DNA of 64,000 nucleotides. Origin: Eledone cirrhosa (Eukaryota). Shown in pieces: positions 43,901-58,900 of the stretch. Each line of letters starts with the position of its first letter. The first letter of the stretch is position 1. The notes below the pieces were generated by a model that saw nothing but the letters and a program-made list of their open reading frames with translations, did no database searches and was not told the DNA's origin. The stretch lies in NCBI GenBank assembly GCA_964016885.1, contig OZ024740.1, forward strand, positions 318,680,001-318,744,000, written 5' to 3'. Made by a program: the position numbers and the translations under genes.

Positions 43901-46900
43901 CGCTGTATTTCTACTACAATACTAACTTCAAATAATCCAGGATTGTCTTATCTATTTCCACAACTTACATTCTATCTGATATTCGAAAGACTCTACCAAT
44001 TCGAAGTCTTTCTACTACATTACTCACAACAAATATTCCAGGATTGTCTCGTCTATTTCCACAACTTACATTCTATCTGACATTCTAACGACTCTACCAA
44101 TTCGAAGTCTTTCTACTACAATACTAAGTTTAAATAATCCAGGATTGTCTCCTCTATTTCCACAACTTACATATTATCTGAAATTCTAACGACTCTACCA
44201 ATTCGATGTCTTTCAACTACAATACTCACACACATAATCCAGGATTGTATAGTCTATTTCTACAACTTACATTCTATCTGACATTCTAACGACTCTACCA
44301 ATTCGAAGTCTTTCTGCTACAATAATCACAACAAATAATCCAGCATTGTCTCGTCTATTTCCACAACTCACATTCTATCTGACATTTTAACGACTCTATC
44401 AAATCGAAGTCTTTCTACTACAATACTAACGTCAAATAATCCAGGATTGTCTCGTCCATTTCCACAACCTACATTCTATCTGACATTCTAACGACTCTAC
44501 CAATTCGAAGTCTATCTATTACAATACTAACAACAAATAATCTAGGATTGTCTCGTCTATTTCAGCAACTTACATTCTATCTGACATTCTAACGACTCTA
44601 CCCATTCGCTCTATTTCTACTACAATACTAACTTCAAATAATCCAGGATTGTCTCGTCGACATCCACAACTTACATTGTATTTGATATTCTAACGACTCT
44701 ACCAATTCGAAGTCTTTCTACTACAATACTCACAACAAATAATCCAGGATTGTCTCGTCTATTTCCACAACTTACATTCTATCTGACATTTTAACGACTC
44801 TACCAATTCGAAGTCTTTCTACTACAATACTAACGTCAAATAATCCAGGATTGTCTCCACTATTTCCACAACTTACATTCTACCTGACATTCTAACGACT
44901 CTACCAATTCGATGTCTTTCTACTACAATACTCACAACAGATTATCCAGGATTGTACCGTCTATTTCTACAACGTACATTCTATCTGACATTCTAACAAC
45001 TCTACCAATTCGCTGTATTTATGCTACAATACTAACGTCAAATAATCCAGGATTGTCTCGTCCATTTCCACAACTTACATTCTATCTGACATTCTGACGA
45101 CTCTACCAATTCGAAGTCTATCTATTACAATACTAACAACAAATAATCTAGGATTGTCTCGTCTATTTCCACAACTTACATACTATCTGACATTCAAACG
45201 ACTCTACCAGTTCGCTGTATTTCTACTACAATACTAACTTCAAATAATCCATGATTGTAACGTCTATCTCCACACCTTACATTCTATCTGACATTCTAAC
45301 GACTCTACCCATTCGCTGTATTTCTACTACAATACTAACTTCAAATAATCCATGATTGTCACGTCTATCTCCACACCTTACATTCTATCTGACATTCTAA
45401 CGACTCTACCAATTCGCTGTATTTCTACTACAATACTCACAACAAATAATCCAGGATTGTCTCGTCTATTTCCACAACTTACATACTATCTGACATTCAA
45501 ACGACTCTACCAGTTCGCTGTATTTCTACTACAATACTAACTTCAAATAATCCATGATTGTCACGTCTATCTCCACACCTTACATTCTATCTGACATTCT
45601 AACGACTCTACCAATTCGCTGTATTTCTACTACAATACTCACAACAAATAATCCAGGATTGTCTCGTCTATTTCCACAACTTACATTCTTTCTGACATTC
45701 TAATGACTCTACCAATTCGCTGTGTTTCTACTACAATACTCACAACAAATAATCCAGGATTGTCTCGTCTATTTCCACAACTTACATTCTAACTGACATT
45801 TTAACGACTCTACCAATTCGAATTCTTTCTACTACAATACTAACTTTAAATAATCCAGGATTGTCTCCTCTATTTCCACAACTTACATTCTATCTGACAT
45901 TCTAACGACTCTACCAATTCGATGTCTTTCTACTACAATACTCAACAAATAATCCAGGATTGTCTCGTCTATCTCCAAACCTTACATTCTATCTGACATT
46001 CTAACGACTCTACCAGTTCGCTGTATTTCTACTACAATACTAACTTCAAATAATCCAGGATTGTCTCGTCTATTTCCACAACTTACATTCTATCTGATAT
46101 TCTAACGACTCTACCCATTCGCTGTATTTCTACTACAATACTAACTTTAAATAATCCATATTGTCTCGTCTATTTCCACAACTTACATTCTATCTGACAT
46201 TCAAACGACTTTATCAATTCGAAGTCTTTCTACTAGAATACTAACGTCAAATAATCCAGGATTGTCTCGTCTATTTCCACAACTTACTTTCTATCTGACA
46301 TTCTAACGACTCTACCAATTCGAAGTCTTTCTACTACAATACGAACTTTAAATAATCCAAGATTGTCTCCTCTATTTCCACAACTTACATTCTATCTGAC
46401 ATTCTAACGACTCTACCAATTCGATGTCTTTCTACTACAATACTCACAACAAATAATCCAGGATTGTCTCGTCTATCTCCAAACCTTACATTCTATCTGA
46501 CATTCTAACGACTCTACCAGTTCGCTGTATTTCTACTACAATACTAACTTCAAATAATCCAGGATTGTCTCGTCTATTTCCACAACTTACATTCTATCTG
46601 ATATTCTAACGACTCTACCCATTCGCTGTATTTCTACTACAATACTAACTTCAAATAATCCAGGATTGTCTCGTCTATTTCCACAACTTACATTCTATCT
46701 GATATTCGAAAGACTCTACCAATTCGAAGTCTTTTTACTACAATACTAACGTCAAATAATCCAGGATTGTCTCGTCTATTTCCACAACTTACTTTCTATC
46801 TGACATTCTAACGACTTTACCATTTCGAAGTCTTTCTACTACATTACTCACAACAAATATTCCAGGATTGTCTCGTCTATTTCCACAACTTACATTCTAT

Positions 46901-49900
46901 CTGACATTCTAACGACTCTACCAATTCGAAGTCTTTCTACTACAATACTAACTTTAAATAATCCAGGATTGTCTCCTCTATTTCCACTACTTACATATTA
47001 TCTGAAATTCTAACGACTCTACCAATTCGATGTCTTTCTACTACAATACTCACAACACATAATCCAGGATTGTATAGTCTATTTCTACAACTTACATTCT
47101 ATCTGACATTCTAACGACTCTACCAATTCGAAGTCTTTCTGCTACAATAATCACAACAAATAATCCAGCATTGTCTCGTCTATTTCCACAAGTCACATTC
47201 TATCTGACATTTTAACGACTCTATCAATTCGAAGTCTTTCTACTACAATACTAACGTCAAATAATCCAGGATTGTCTCGTCCATTTCCACAACTTACATT
47301 CTATCTGACATTCTAACGACTCTACCAATTCGAAGTCTATCTATTACAATACTAACAACAAATAATCTAGGATTGTCTCGTCTATTTCAACAACTTACAT
47401 TCTATCTGACATTCTAACGACTCTACCAATTCGAAGTCTATCTATTACAATACTAACAACAAATAATCTAGGATTGTCTCGTCGACATCCACAACTTACA
47501 TTGTATTTGATATTCTAACGACTCTACCAATTCGAAGTCTTTCTACTACAATACTCACAACAAATAATCCAGGATTGTCTCGTCTATTTCCACAACTTAC
47601 ATTCTATCTGACATTTTAACGACTCTACCAATTCGATGTCTTTCTACTACAATACTCACAACAGATAATCCAGGATTGTATCGTCTATTTCTACAACGTA
47701 CATTCTATCTGACATTCTAACGACTCTACCAATTCGCTGTATTTATGCTACAATACAAACGTCAAATAATCCAGGATTGTCTCGTCCATTTCCACAACTT
47801 ACATTCTATCTGACATTCTGACGACTCTACCAATTCGAAGTCTATCTATTACAATACTAATAACAAATAATCTAGGATTGTCTCGTCTATTTCTACAACT
47901 TACATACTATCTGACATTCTAATGACTCTACCAATTCGCTGTCTTTCTACTACAATACTCACAACAAATAATCCAGGATTGTCTCGTCTATTTCCACAAC
48001 TTACATTCTATCTGACATTCTAACGACTCTACCAATTCGAAGTCTTTCTACTACAATACTAACTTTAAATAATCCAGGATTGTCTCCTCTATTTCCACAA
48101 CTTACATATTATCTGAAATTCTAACGACTCTACCAATTCGATGTCTTTCTACTACAATACTCACAACAAATAATCCAGGATTGTATAGTCTATTTCTACA
48201 ACTTACATTCTATCTGACATTCTAACGACTCTACCAATTCGAAGTATTTCTGCTACAATACTCACAACAAATAATCCAGCATTGTCTCGTCTATTTCCAC
48301 AACTCACATTCTATCTGACATTTTAACGACTCTATCAATTCGAAGTCTTTCTACTACAATACTAACGTCAAATAATCCAGGATTGTCTCGTCCATTTCCA
48401 CAACTTACATTCTATCTGACATTCTAACGACTCTACCAATTCGAAGTCTATCTATTACAATACTAACAACAAATAATCCAGGATTGTCTCGTCTATTTCC
48501 ACAACTTACATTCTAACTGACATTTTAACGACTCTACCAATTCGAAGTCTTTCTACTACAATACTAACTTTAAATAATCCAGGATTGTCTTCTCTATTTC
48601 CACAACTTACATTCTATCTGACATTCTAACGACTCTACCAATTCGATGTCTTTCTACTACAATACTCACAACAAATAATCCAGGATTGTCTCGTCTATCT
48701 CCAAACCTTACATTCTATCTGACATTCTAACGACTCTACCAGTTCGCTGTATTTCTACTACAATACTAACTTCAAATAATCCAGGATTGTCTCGTCTATT
48801 TCCACAACTTACATTCTATCTGATATTCTAACGACTCTACCCATTCGCTGTATTTCTACTACAATACTAACTTTAAATAATCCATATTGTCTCGTCTATT
48901 TCCACAACTTACATTCTATCTGACATACTAACGACTCTACCAATTCACTGTATTTCTACTACAATACTAACTTCAAATAATCCAGGATTGTCTTATCTAT
49001 TTCCACAACTTACATTCTATCTGATATTCGAAAGACTCTACCAATTCGAAGTCTTTCTACTACATTACTCACAACAAATATTCCAGGATTGTCTCGTCTA
49101 TTTCCACAACTTACATTCTATCTGACATTCTAACGACTCTACCAATTCGAAGTCTTTCTACTACAATACTAAGTTTAAATAATCCAGGATTGTCTCCTCT
49201 ATTTCCACAACTTACATATTATCTGAAATTCTAACGACTCTACCAATTCGATGTCTTTCAACTACAATACTCACAACACATAATCCAGGATTGTATAGTC
49301 TATTTCTACAACTTACATTCTATCTGACATTCTAACGACTCTACCAATTCGAAGTCTTTCTGCTACAATAATCACAACAAATAATCCAGCATTGTCTCGT
49401 CTATTTCCACAACTCACATTCTATCTGACATTTTAACGACTCTATCAAATCGAAGTCTTTCTACTACAATACTAACGTCAAATAATCCAGGATTGTCTCG
49501 TCCATTTCCACAACCTACATTCTATCTGACATTCTAACGACTCTACCAATTCGAAGTCTATCTATTACAATACTAACAACAAATAATCTAGGATTGTCTC
49601 GTCTATTTCCACAACTTACATTCTATCTGACATTCTAACGACTCTACCCATTCGCTCTATTTCTACTACAATACTAACTTCAAATAATCCAGGATTGTCT
49701 CGTCGACATCCACAACTTACATTGTATTTGATATTCTAACGACTCTACCAATTCGAAATCTTTCTACTACAATACTCACAACAAATAATCCAGGATTGTC
49801 TCGTCTATTTCCACAACTTACATTCTATCTGACATTTTAACGACTCTACCAATTCGAAGTCTTTCTACTACAATACTAACGTCAAATAATCCAGGATTGT

Positions 49901-52900
49901 CTCCACTATTTCCACAACTTACATTCTACCTGACATTCTAACGACTCTACCAATTCGATGTCTTTCTACTACAATACTCACAACAGATAATCCAGGATTG
50001 TACCGTCTATTTCCACAACTTACATACTATCTGACATTCAAACGACTCTACCAGTTCGCTGTATTTCAACTACAATACTAACTTCAAATAATCCATGATT
50101 GTCACGTCTATCTCCACACCTTACATTCTATCTGACATTCTAACGACTCTACCCATTCGCTGTATTTCTACTACAATACTAACTTCAAATAATCCATGAT
50201 TGTCACGTCTATCTCCACACCTTACATTCTATCTGACATTCTAACGACTCTACCAATTCGCTGTATTTCTACTACAATACTCACAACAAATAATCCAGGA
50301 TTGTCTCGTCTATTTCCACAACTTACATACTATCTGACATTCAAACGACTCTACCCATTCGCTGTATTTCTACTACAATACTAACTTCAAATAATCCATG
50401 ATTGTCACGTCTATCTCCACACCTTACATTCTATCTGACATTCTAACGACTCTACCAATTCGCTGTATTTCTACTACAATACTCACAACAAATAATCCAG
50501 GATTGTCTCGTCTATTTCCACAACTTACATTCTTTCTGACATTCTAATGACTCTACCAATTCGCTGTGTTTCTACTACAATACTCACAACAAATAATCCA
50601 GGATTGTCTCGTCGACATCCACAACTTACATTGTATTTGATATTCTAACGACTCTACCAATTCGAAGTCTTTCTACTACAATACTCACAACAAATAATCC
50701 AGGATTGTCTCGTCTATTTCCACAACTTACATTCTATCTGACATTTTAACGACTCTACCAATTCGATGTCTTTCTACTACAATACTCACAACAGATAATC
50801 CAGGATTGTATCGTCTATTTCTACAACGTACATTCTATCTGACATTCTAACGACTCTACCAATTCGCTGTATTTATGCTACAATACAAACGTCAAATAAT
50901 CCAGGATTGTCTCGTCCATTTCCACAACTTACATTCTATCTGACATTCTGACGACTCTACCAATTCGAAGTCTATCTATTACAATACTAACAACAAATAA
51001 TCTAGGATTGTCTCGTCTATTTCTACAACTTACATACTATCTGACATTCAAACGACTCTACCAGTTCGCTGTATTTCTACTACAATACTAACTTCAAATA
51101 ATCCATGATTGTCACGTCTATCTCCACACCTTACATTCTATCTGACATTCTAACGACTCTACAAGTTCGCTGTATTTCTACTACAATACTCACAACAAAT
51201 AATCCAGGATTGTCTCGTCTATTTCCACAACTTACATTCTTTCTGACATTCTAATGACTCTACCAATTCGCTGTCTTTCTACTACAATACTCACAACAAA
51301 TAATCCAGGATTGTCTCCACTATTTCCACAACTTACATTCTACCTGACATTCTAACGACTCTACCAATTCGATGTCTTTCTACTACAATACTCACAACAG
51401 ATAATCCAGGATTGTACCGTCTATTTCTACAACGTACATTCTATCTGACATTCTAACAACTCTACCAATTCGCTGTATTTATGCTACAATACTAACGTCA
51501 AATAATCCAGGATTGTCTCGTCCATTTCCACAACTTACATTCTATCTGACATTCTGACGACTCTACCAATTCGAAGTCTATCTATTACAATACTAACAAC
51601 AAATAATCTAGGATTGTCTCGTCTATTTCCACAACTTACATACTATCTGACATTCAAACGACTCTACCAGTTCGCTGTATTTCTACTACAATACTAACTT
51701 CAAATAATCCATGATTGTCACGTCTATCTCCACACCTTACATTCTATCTGACATTCTAACGACTCTACCCATTCGCTGTATTTCTACTACAATACTAACT
51801 TCAAATAATCCATGATTGTCACGTCTATCTCCACACCTTACATTCTATCTGACATTCTAACGACTCTACCAATTCGAAGTCTTTCTACTACAATACTAAC
51901 GTCAAATAATCCAGGATTGTCTCGTCCATTTCCACAACTTACATTCTATCTGACATTCTAACGACTCTACCAATTCGAAGTCAATCTATTACAATACTAA
52001 CAACAAATAATCCATGATTGTCACGTCTATCTCCACACCTTACATTCTATCTGACATTCTAACGACTCTACCAATTCGAAGTCTTTCTACTACAATACTA
52101 ACGTCAAATAATCCAGGATTGTCTCGTCCATTTCCACAACTTACATTCTAACTGACATTTTAACGACTCTACCAATTCGAATTCTTTCTACTACAATACT
52201 AACTTTAAATAATCCAGGATTGTCTTCTCTATTTCCACAACTTACATTCTATCTGACATTCTAACGACTCTACCAATTCGATGTCTTTCTACTACAATAC
52301 TCACAACAAATAATCCAGGATTGTCTCGTCTATCTCCAAACCTTACATTCTATCTGACATTCTAACGACTCTACCAGTTCGCTGTATTTCTACTACAATA
52401 CTAACTTCAAATAATCCAGGATTGTCTCGTCTATTTCCACAACTTACATTCTATCTGACATACTAACGACTCTACCAATTCGCTGTATTTCTACTACAAT
52501 ACTAACTTCAAATAATCCAGGATTGTCTTATCTATTTCCACAACTTACATTCTATCTGATATTCGAAAGACTCTACCAATTCGAAGTCTTTCTACTACAT
52601 TACTCACAACAAATATTCCAGGATTGTCTCGTCTATTTCCACAACTTACATTCTATCTGACATTCTAACGACTCTACCAATTCGAAGTCTTTCTACTACA
52701 ATACTAAGTTTAAATAATCCAGGATTGTCTCCTCTATTTCCACAACTTACATATTATCTGAAATTCTAACGACTCTACCAATTCGATGTCTTTCAACTAC
52801 AATACTCACACACATAATCCAGGATTGTATAGTCTATTTCTACAACTTACATTCTATCTGACATTCTAACGACTCTACCAATTCGAAGTCTTTCTGCTAC

Positions 52901-55900
52901 AATAATCACAACAAATAATCCAGCATTGTCTCGTCTATTTCCACAACTCACATTCTATCTGACATTTTAACGACTCTATCAAATCGAAGTCTTTCTACTA
53001 CAATACTAACGTCAAATAATCCAGGATTGTCTCGTCCATTTCCACAACCTACATTCTATCTGACATTCTAACGACTCTACCAATTCGAAGTCTATCTATT
53101 ACAATACTAACAACAAATAATCTAGGATTGTCTCGTCTATTTCAGCAACTTACATTCTATCTGACATTCTAACGACTCTACCCATTCGCTCTATTTCTAC
53201 TACAATACTAACTTCAAATAATCCAGGATTGTCTCGTCGACATCCACAACTTACATTGTATTTGATATTCTAACGACTCTACCAATTCGAAGTCTTTCTA
53301 CTACAATACTCACAACAAATAATCCAGGATTGTCTCGTCTATTTCCACAACTTACATTCTATCTGACATTTTAACGACTCTACCAATTCGAAGTCTTTCT
53401 ACTACAATACTAACGTCAAATAATCCAGGATTGTCTCCACTATTTCCACAACTTACATTCTACCTGACATTCTAACGACTCTACCAATTCGATGTCTTTC
53501 TACTACAATACTCACAACAGATAATCCAGGATTGTACCGTCTATTTCTACAACGTACATTCTATCTGACATTCTAACAACTCTACCAATTCGCTGTATTT
53601 ATGCTACAATACTAACGTCAAATAATCCAGGATTGTCTCGTCCATTTCCACAACTTACATTCTATCTGACATTCTGACGACTCTACCAATTCGAAGTCTA
53701 TCTATTACAATACTAACAACAAATAATCTAGGATTGTCTCGTCTATTTCCACAACTTACATACTATCTGACATTCAAACGACTCTACCAGTTCGCTGTAT
53801 TTCTACTACAATACTAACTTCAAATAATCCATGATTGTAACGTCTATCTCCACACCTTACATTCTATCTGACATTCTAACGACTCTACCCATTCGCTGTA
53901 TTTCTACTACAATACTAACTTCAAATAATCCATGATTGTCACGTCTATCTCCACACCTTACATTCTATCTGACATTCTAACGACTCTACCAATTCGCTGT
54001 ATTTCTACTACAATACTCACAACAAATAATCCAGGATTGTCTCGTCTATTTCCACAACTTACATACTATCTGACATTCAAACGACTCTACCAGTTCGCTG
54101 TATTTCTACTACAATACTAACTTCAAATAATCCATGATTGTCACGTCTATCTCCACACCTTACATTCTATCTGACATTCTAACGACTCTACCAATTCGCT
54201 GTATTTCTACTACAATACTCACAACAAATAATCCAGGATTGTCTCGTCTATTTCCACAACTTACATTCTTTCTGACATTCTAATGACTCTACCAATTCGC
54301 TGTGTTTCTACTACAATACTCACAACAAATAATCCAGGATTGTCTCGTCTATTTCCACAACTTACATTCTAACTGACATTTTAACGACTCTACCAATTCG
54401 AATTCTTTCTACTACAATACTAACTTTAAATAATCCAGGATTGTCTCCTCTATTTCCACAACTTACATTCTATCTGACATTCTAACGACTCTACCAATTC
54501 GATGTCTTTCTACTACAATACTCAACAAATAATCCAGGATTGTCTCGTCTATCTCCAAACCTTACATTCTATCTGACATTCTAACGACTCTACCAGTTCG
54601 CTGTATTTCTACTACAATACTAACTTCAAATAATCCAGGATTGTCTCGTCTATTTCCACAACTTACATTCTATCTGATATTCTAACGACTCTACCCATTC
54701 GCTGTATTTCTACTACAATACTAACTTTAAATAATCCATATTGTCTCGTCTATTTCCACAACTTACATTCTATCTGACATTCAAACGACTTTATCAATTC
54801 GAAGTCTTTCTACTAGAATACTAACGTCAAATAATCCAGGATTGTCTCGTCTATTTCCACAACTTACTTTCTATCTGACATTCTAACGACTCTACCAATT
54901 CGAAGTCTTTCTACTACAATACGAACTTTAAATAATCCAAGATTGTCTCCTCTATTTCCACAACTTACATTCTATCTGACATTCTAACGACTCTACCAAT
55001 TCGATGTCTTTCTACTACAATACTCACAACAAATAATCCAGGATTGTCTCGTCTATCTCCAAACCTTACATTCTATCTGACATTCTAACGACTCTACCAG
55101 TTCGCTGTATTTCTACTACAATACTAACTTCAAATAATCCAGGATTGTCTCGTCTATTTCCACAACTTACATTCTATCTGATATTCTAACGACTCTACCC
55201 ATTCGCTGTATTTCTACTACAATACTAACTTCAAATAATCCAGGATTGTCTCGTCTATTTCCACAACTTACATTCTATCTGATATTCGAAAGACTCTACC
55301 AATTCGAAGTCTTTTTACTACAATACTAACGTCAAATAATCCAGGATTGTCTCGTCTATTTCCACAACTTACTTTCTATCTGACATTCTAACGACTTTAC
55401 CATTTCGAAGTCTTTCTACTACATTACTCACAACAAATATTCCAGGATTGTCTCGTCTATTTCCACAACTTACATTCTATCTGACATTCTAACGACTCTA
55501 CCAATTCGAAGTCTTTCTACTACAATACTAACTTTAAATAATCCAGGATTGTCTCCTCTATTTCCACTACTTACATATTATCTGAAATTCTAACGACTCT
55601 ACCAATTCGATGTCTTTCTACTACAATACTCACAACACATAATCCAGGATTGTATAGTCTATTTCTACAACTTACATTCTATCTGACATTCTAACGACTC
55701 TACCAATTCGAAGTCTTTCTGCTACAATAATCACAACAAATAATCCAGCATTGTCTCGTCTATTTCCACAAGTCACATTCTATCTGACATTTTAACGACT
55801 CTATCAATTCGAAGTCTTTCTACTACAATACTAACGTCAAATAATCCAGGATTGTCTCGTCCATTTCCACAACTTACATTCTATCTGACATTCTAACGAC

Positions 55901-58900
55901 TCTACCAATTCGAAGTCTATCTATTACAATACTAACAACAAATAATCTAGGATTGTCTCGTCTATTTCCACAACTTACATTCTATCTGACATTCTAACGA
56001 CTCTACCAATTCGAAGTCTATCTATTACAATACTAACAACAAATAATCTAGGATTGTCTCGTCGACATCCACAACTTACATTGTATTTGATATTCTAACG
56101 ACTCTACCAATTCGAAGTCTTTCTACTACAATACTCACAACAAATAATCCAGGATTGTCTCGTCTATTTCCACAACTTACATTCTATCTGACATTTTAAC
56201 GACTCTACCAATTCGATGTCTTTCTACTACAATACTCACAACAGATAATCCAGGATTGTATCGTCTATTTCTACAACGTACATTCTATCTGACATTCTAA
56301 CGACTCTACCAATTCGCTGTATTTATGCTACAATACAAACGTCAAATAATCCAGGATTGTCTCGTCCATTTCCACAACTTACATTCTATCTGACATTCTG
56401 ACGACTCTACCAATTCGAAGTCTATCTATTACAATACTAATAACAAATAATCTAGGATTGTCTCGTCTATTTCTACAACTTACATACTATCTGACATTCT
56501 AATGACTCTACCAATTCGCTGTCTTTCTACTACAATACTCACAACAAATAATCCAGGATTGTCTCGTCTATTTCCACAACTTACATTCTATCTGACATTC
56601 TAACGACTCTACCAATTCGAAGTCTTTCTACTACAATACTAACTTTAAATAATCCAGGATTGTCTCCTCTATTTCCACAACTTACATATTATCTGAAATT
56701 CTAACGACTCTACCAATTCGATGTCTTTCTACTACAATACTCACAACAAATAATCCAGGATTGTATAGTCTATTTCTACAACTTACATTCTATCTGACAT
56801 TCTAACGACTCTACCAATTCGAAGTATTTCTGCTACAATACTCACAACAAATAATCCAGCATTGTCTCGTCTATTTCCACAACTCACATTCTATCTGACA
56901 TTTTAACGACTCTATCAATTCGAAGTCTTTCTACTACAATACTAACGTCAAATAATCCAGGATTGTCTCGTCCATTTCCACAACTTACATTCTATCTGAC
57001 ATTCTAACGACTCTACCAATTCGAAGTCTATCTATTACAATACTAACAACAAATAATCCAGGATTGTCTCGTCTATTTCCACAACTTACATTCTAACTGA
57101 CATTTTAACGACTCTACCAATTCGAATTCTTTCTACTACAATACTAACTTTAAATAATCCAGGATTGTCTTCTCTATTTCCACAACTTACATTCTATCTG
57201 ACATTCTAACGACTCTACCAATTCGATGTCTTTCTACTACAATACTCACAACAAATAATCCAGGATTGTCTCGTCTATCTCCAAACCTTACATTCTATCT
57301 GACATTCTAACGACTCTACCAGTTCGCTGTATTTCTACTACAATACTAACTTTAAATAATCCATATTGTCTCGTCTATTTCCACAACTTACATTCTATCT
57401 GACATACTAACGACTCTACCAATTCGCTGTATTTCTACTACAATACTAACTTCAAATAATCCAGGATTGTCTTATCTATTTCCACAACTTACATTCTATC
57501 TGATATTCGAAAGACTCTACCAATTCGAAGTCTTTCTACTACATTACTCACAACAAATATTCCAGGATTGTCTCGTCTATTTCCACAACTTACATTCTAT
57601 CTGACATTCTAACGACTCTACCAATTCGAAGTCTTTCTACTACAATACTAAGTTTAAATAATCCAGGATTGTCTCCTCTATTTCCACAACTTACATATTA
57701 TCTGAAATTCTAACGACTCTACCAATTCGATGTCTTTCAACTACAATACTCACAACACATAATCCAGGATTGTATAGTCTATTTCTACAACTTACATTCT
57801 ATCTGACATTCTAACGACTCTACCAATTCGAAGTCTTTCTGCTACAATAATCACAACAAATAATCCAGCATTGTCTCGTCTATTTCCACAACTCACATTC
57901 TATCTGACATTTTAACGACTCTATCAAATCGAAGTCTTTCTACTACAATACTAACGTCAAATAATCCAGGATTGTCTCGTCCATTTCCACAACCTACATT
58001 CTATCTGACATTCTAACGACTCTACCAATTCGAAGTCTATCTATTACAATACTAACAACAAATAATCTAGGATTGTCTCGTCTATTTCCACAACTTACAT
58101 TCTATCTGACATTCTAACGACTCTACCCATTCGCTCTATTTCTACTACAATACTAACTTCAAATAATCCAGGATTGTCTCGTCGACATCCACAACTTACA
58201 TTGTATTTGATATTCTAACGACTCTACCAATTCGAAATCTTTCTACTACAATACTCACAACAAATAATCCAGGATTGTCTCGTCTATTTCCACAACTTAC
58301 ATTCTATCTGACATTTTAACGACTCTACGAATTCGAAGTCTTTCTACTACAATACTAACGTCAAATAATCCAGGATTGTCTCCACTATTTCCACAACTTA
58401 CATTCTACCTGACATTCTAACGACTCTACCAATTCGATGTCTTTCTACTACAATACTCACAACAGATAATCCAGGATTGTACCGTCTATTTCTACAACGT
58501 ACATTCTATCTGACATTCTAACGACTCTACCAATTCGCTGTATTTATGCTACAATACTAACGTCAAATAATCCAGGATTGTCTCGTCCATTTCCACAACT
58601 TACATTCTATCTGACATTCTGACGACTCTACCAATTCGAAGTCTATCTATTACAATACTAACAACAAATAATCTAGGATTGTCTCGTCTATTTCCACAAC
58701 TTACATACTATCTGACATTCAAACGACTCTACCAGTTCGCTGTATTTCAACTACAATACTAACTTCAAATAATCCATGATTGTCACGTCTATCTCCACAC
58801 CTTACATTCTATCTGACATTCTAACGACTCTACCCATTCGCTGTATTTCTACTACAATACTAACTTCAAATAATCCATGATTGTCACGTCTATCTCCACA

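Noticed and set aside
7352-54120. The 13 short + strand ORFs (61-80 aa, S/T/L/I-rich)
   Set aside because: Each spans about two satellite monomers. 101 is not a multiple of 3, so frames rotate and reach fixed TAA/TGA stops. Starts are chance variants (GTG/TTG/ATG). No promoter, RBS or splice context and no recognisable domain. Identical ORFs simply mark duplications.
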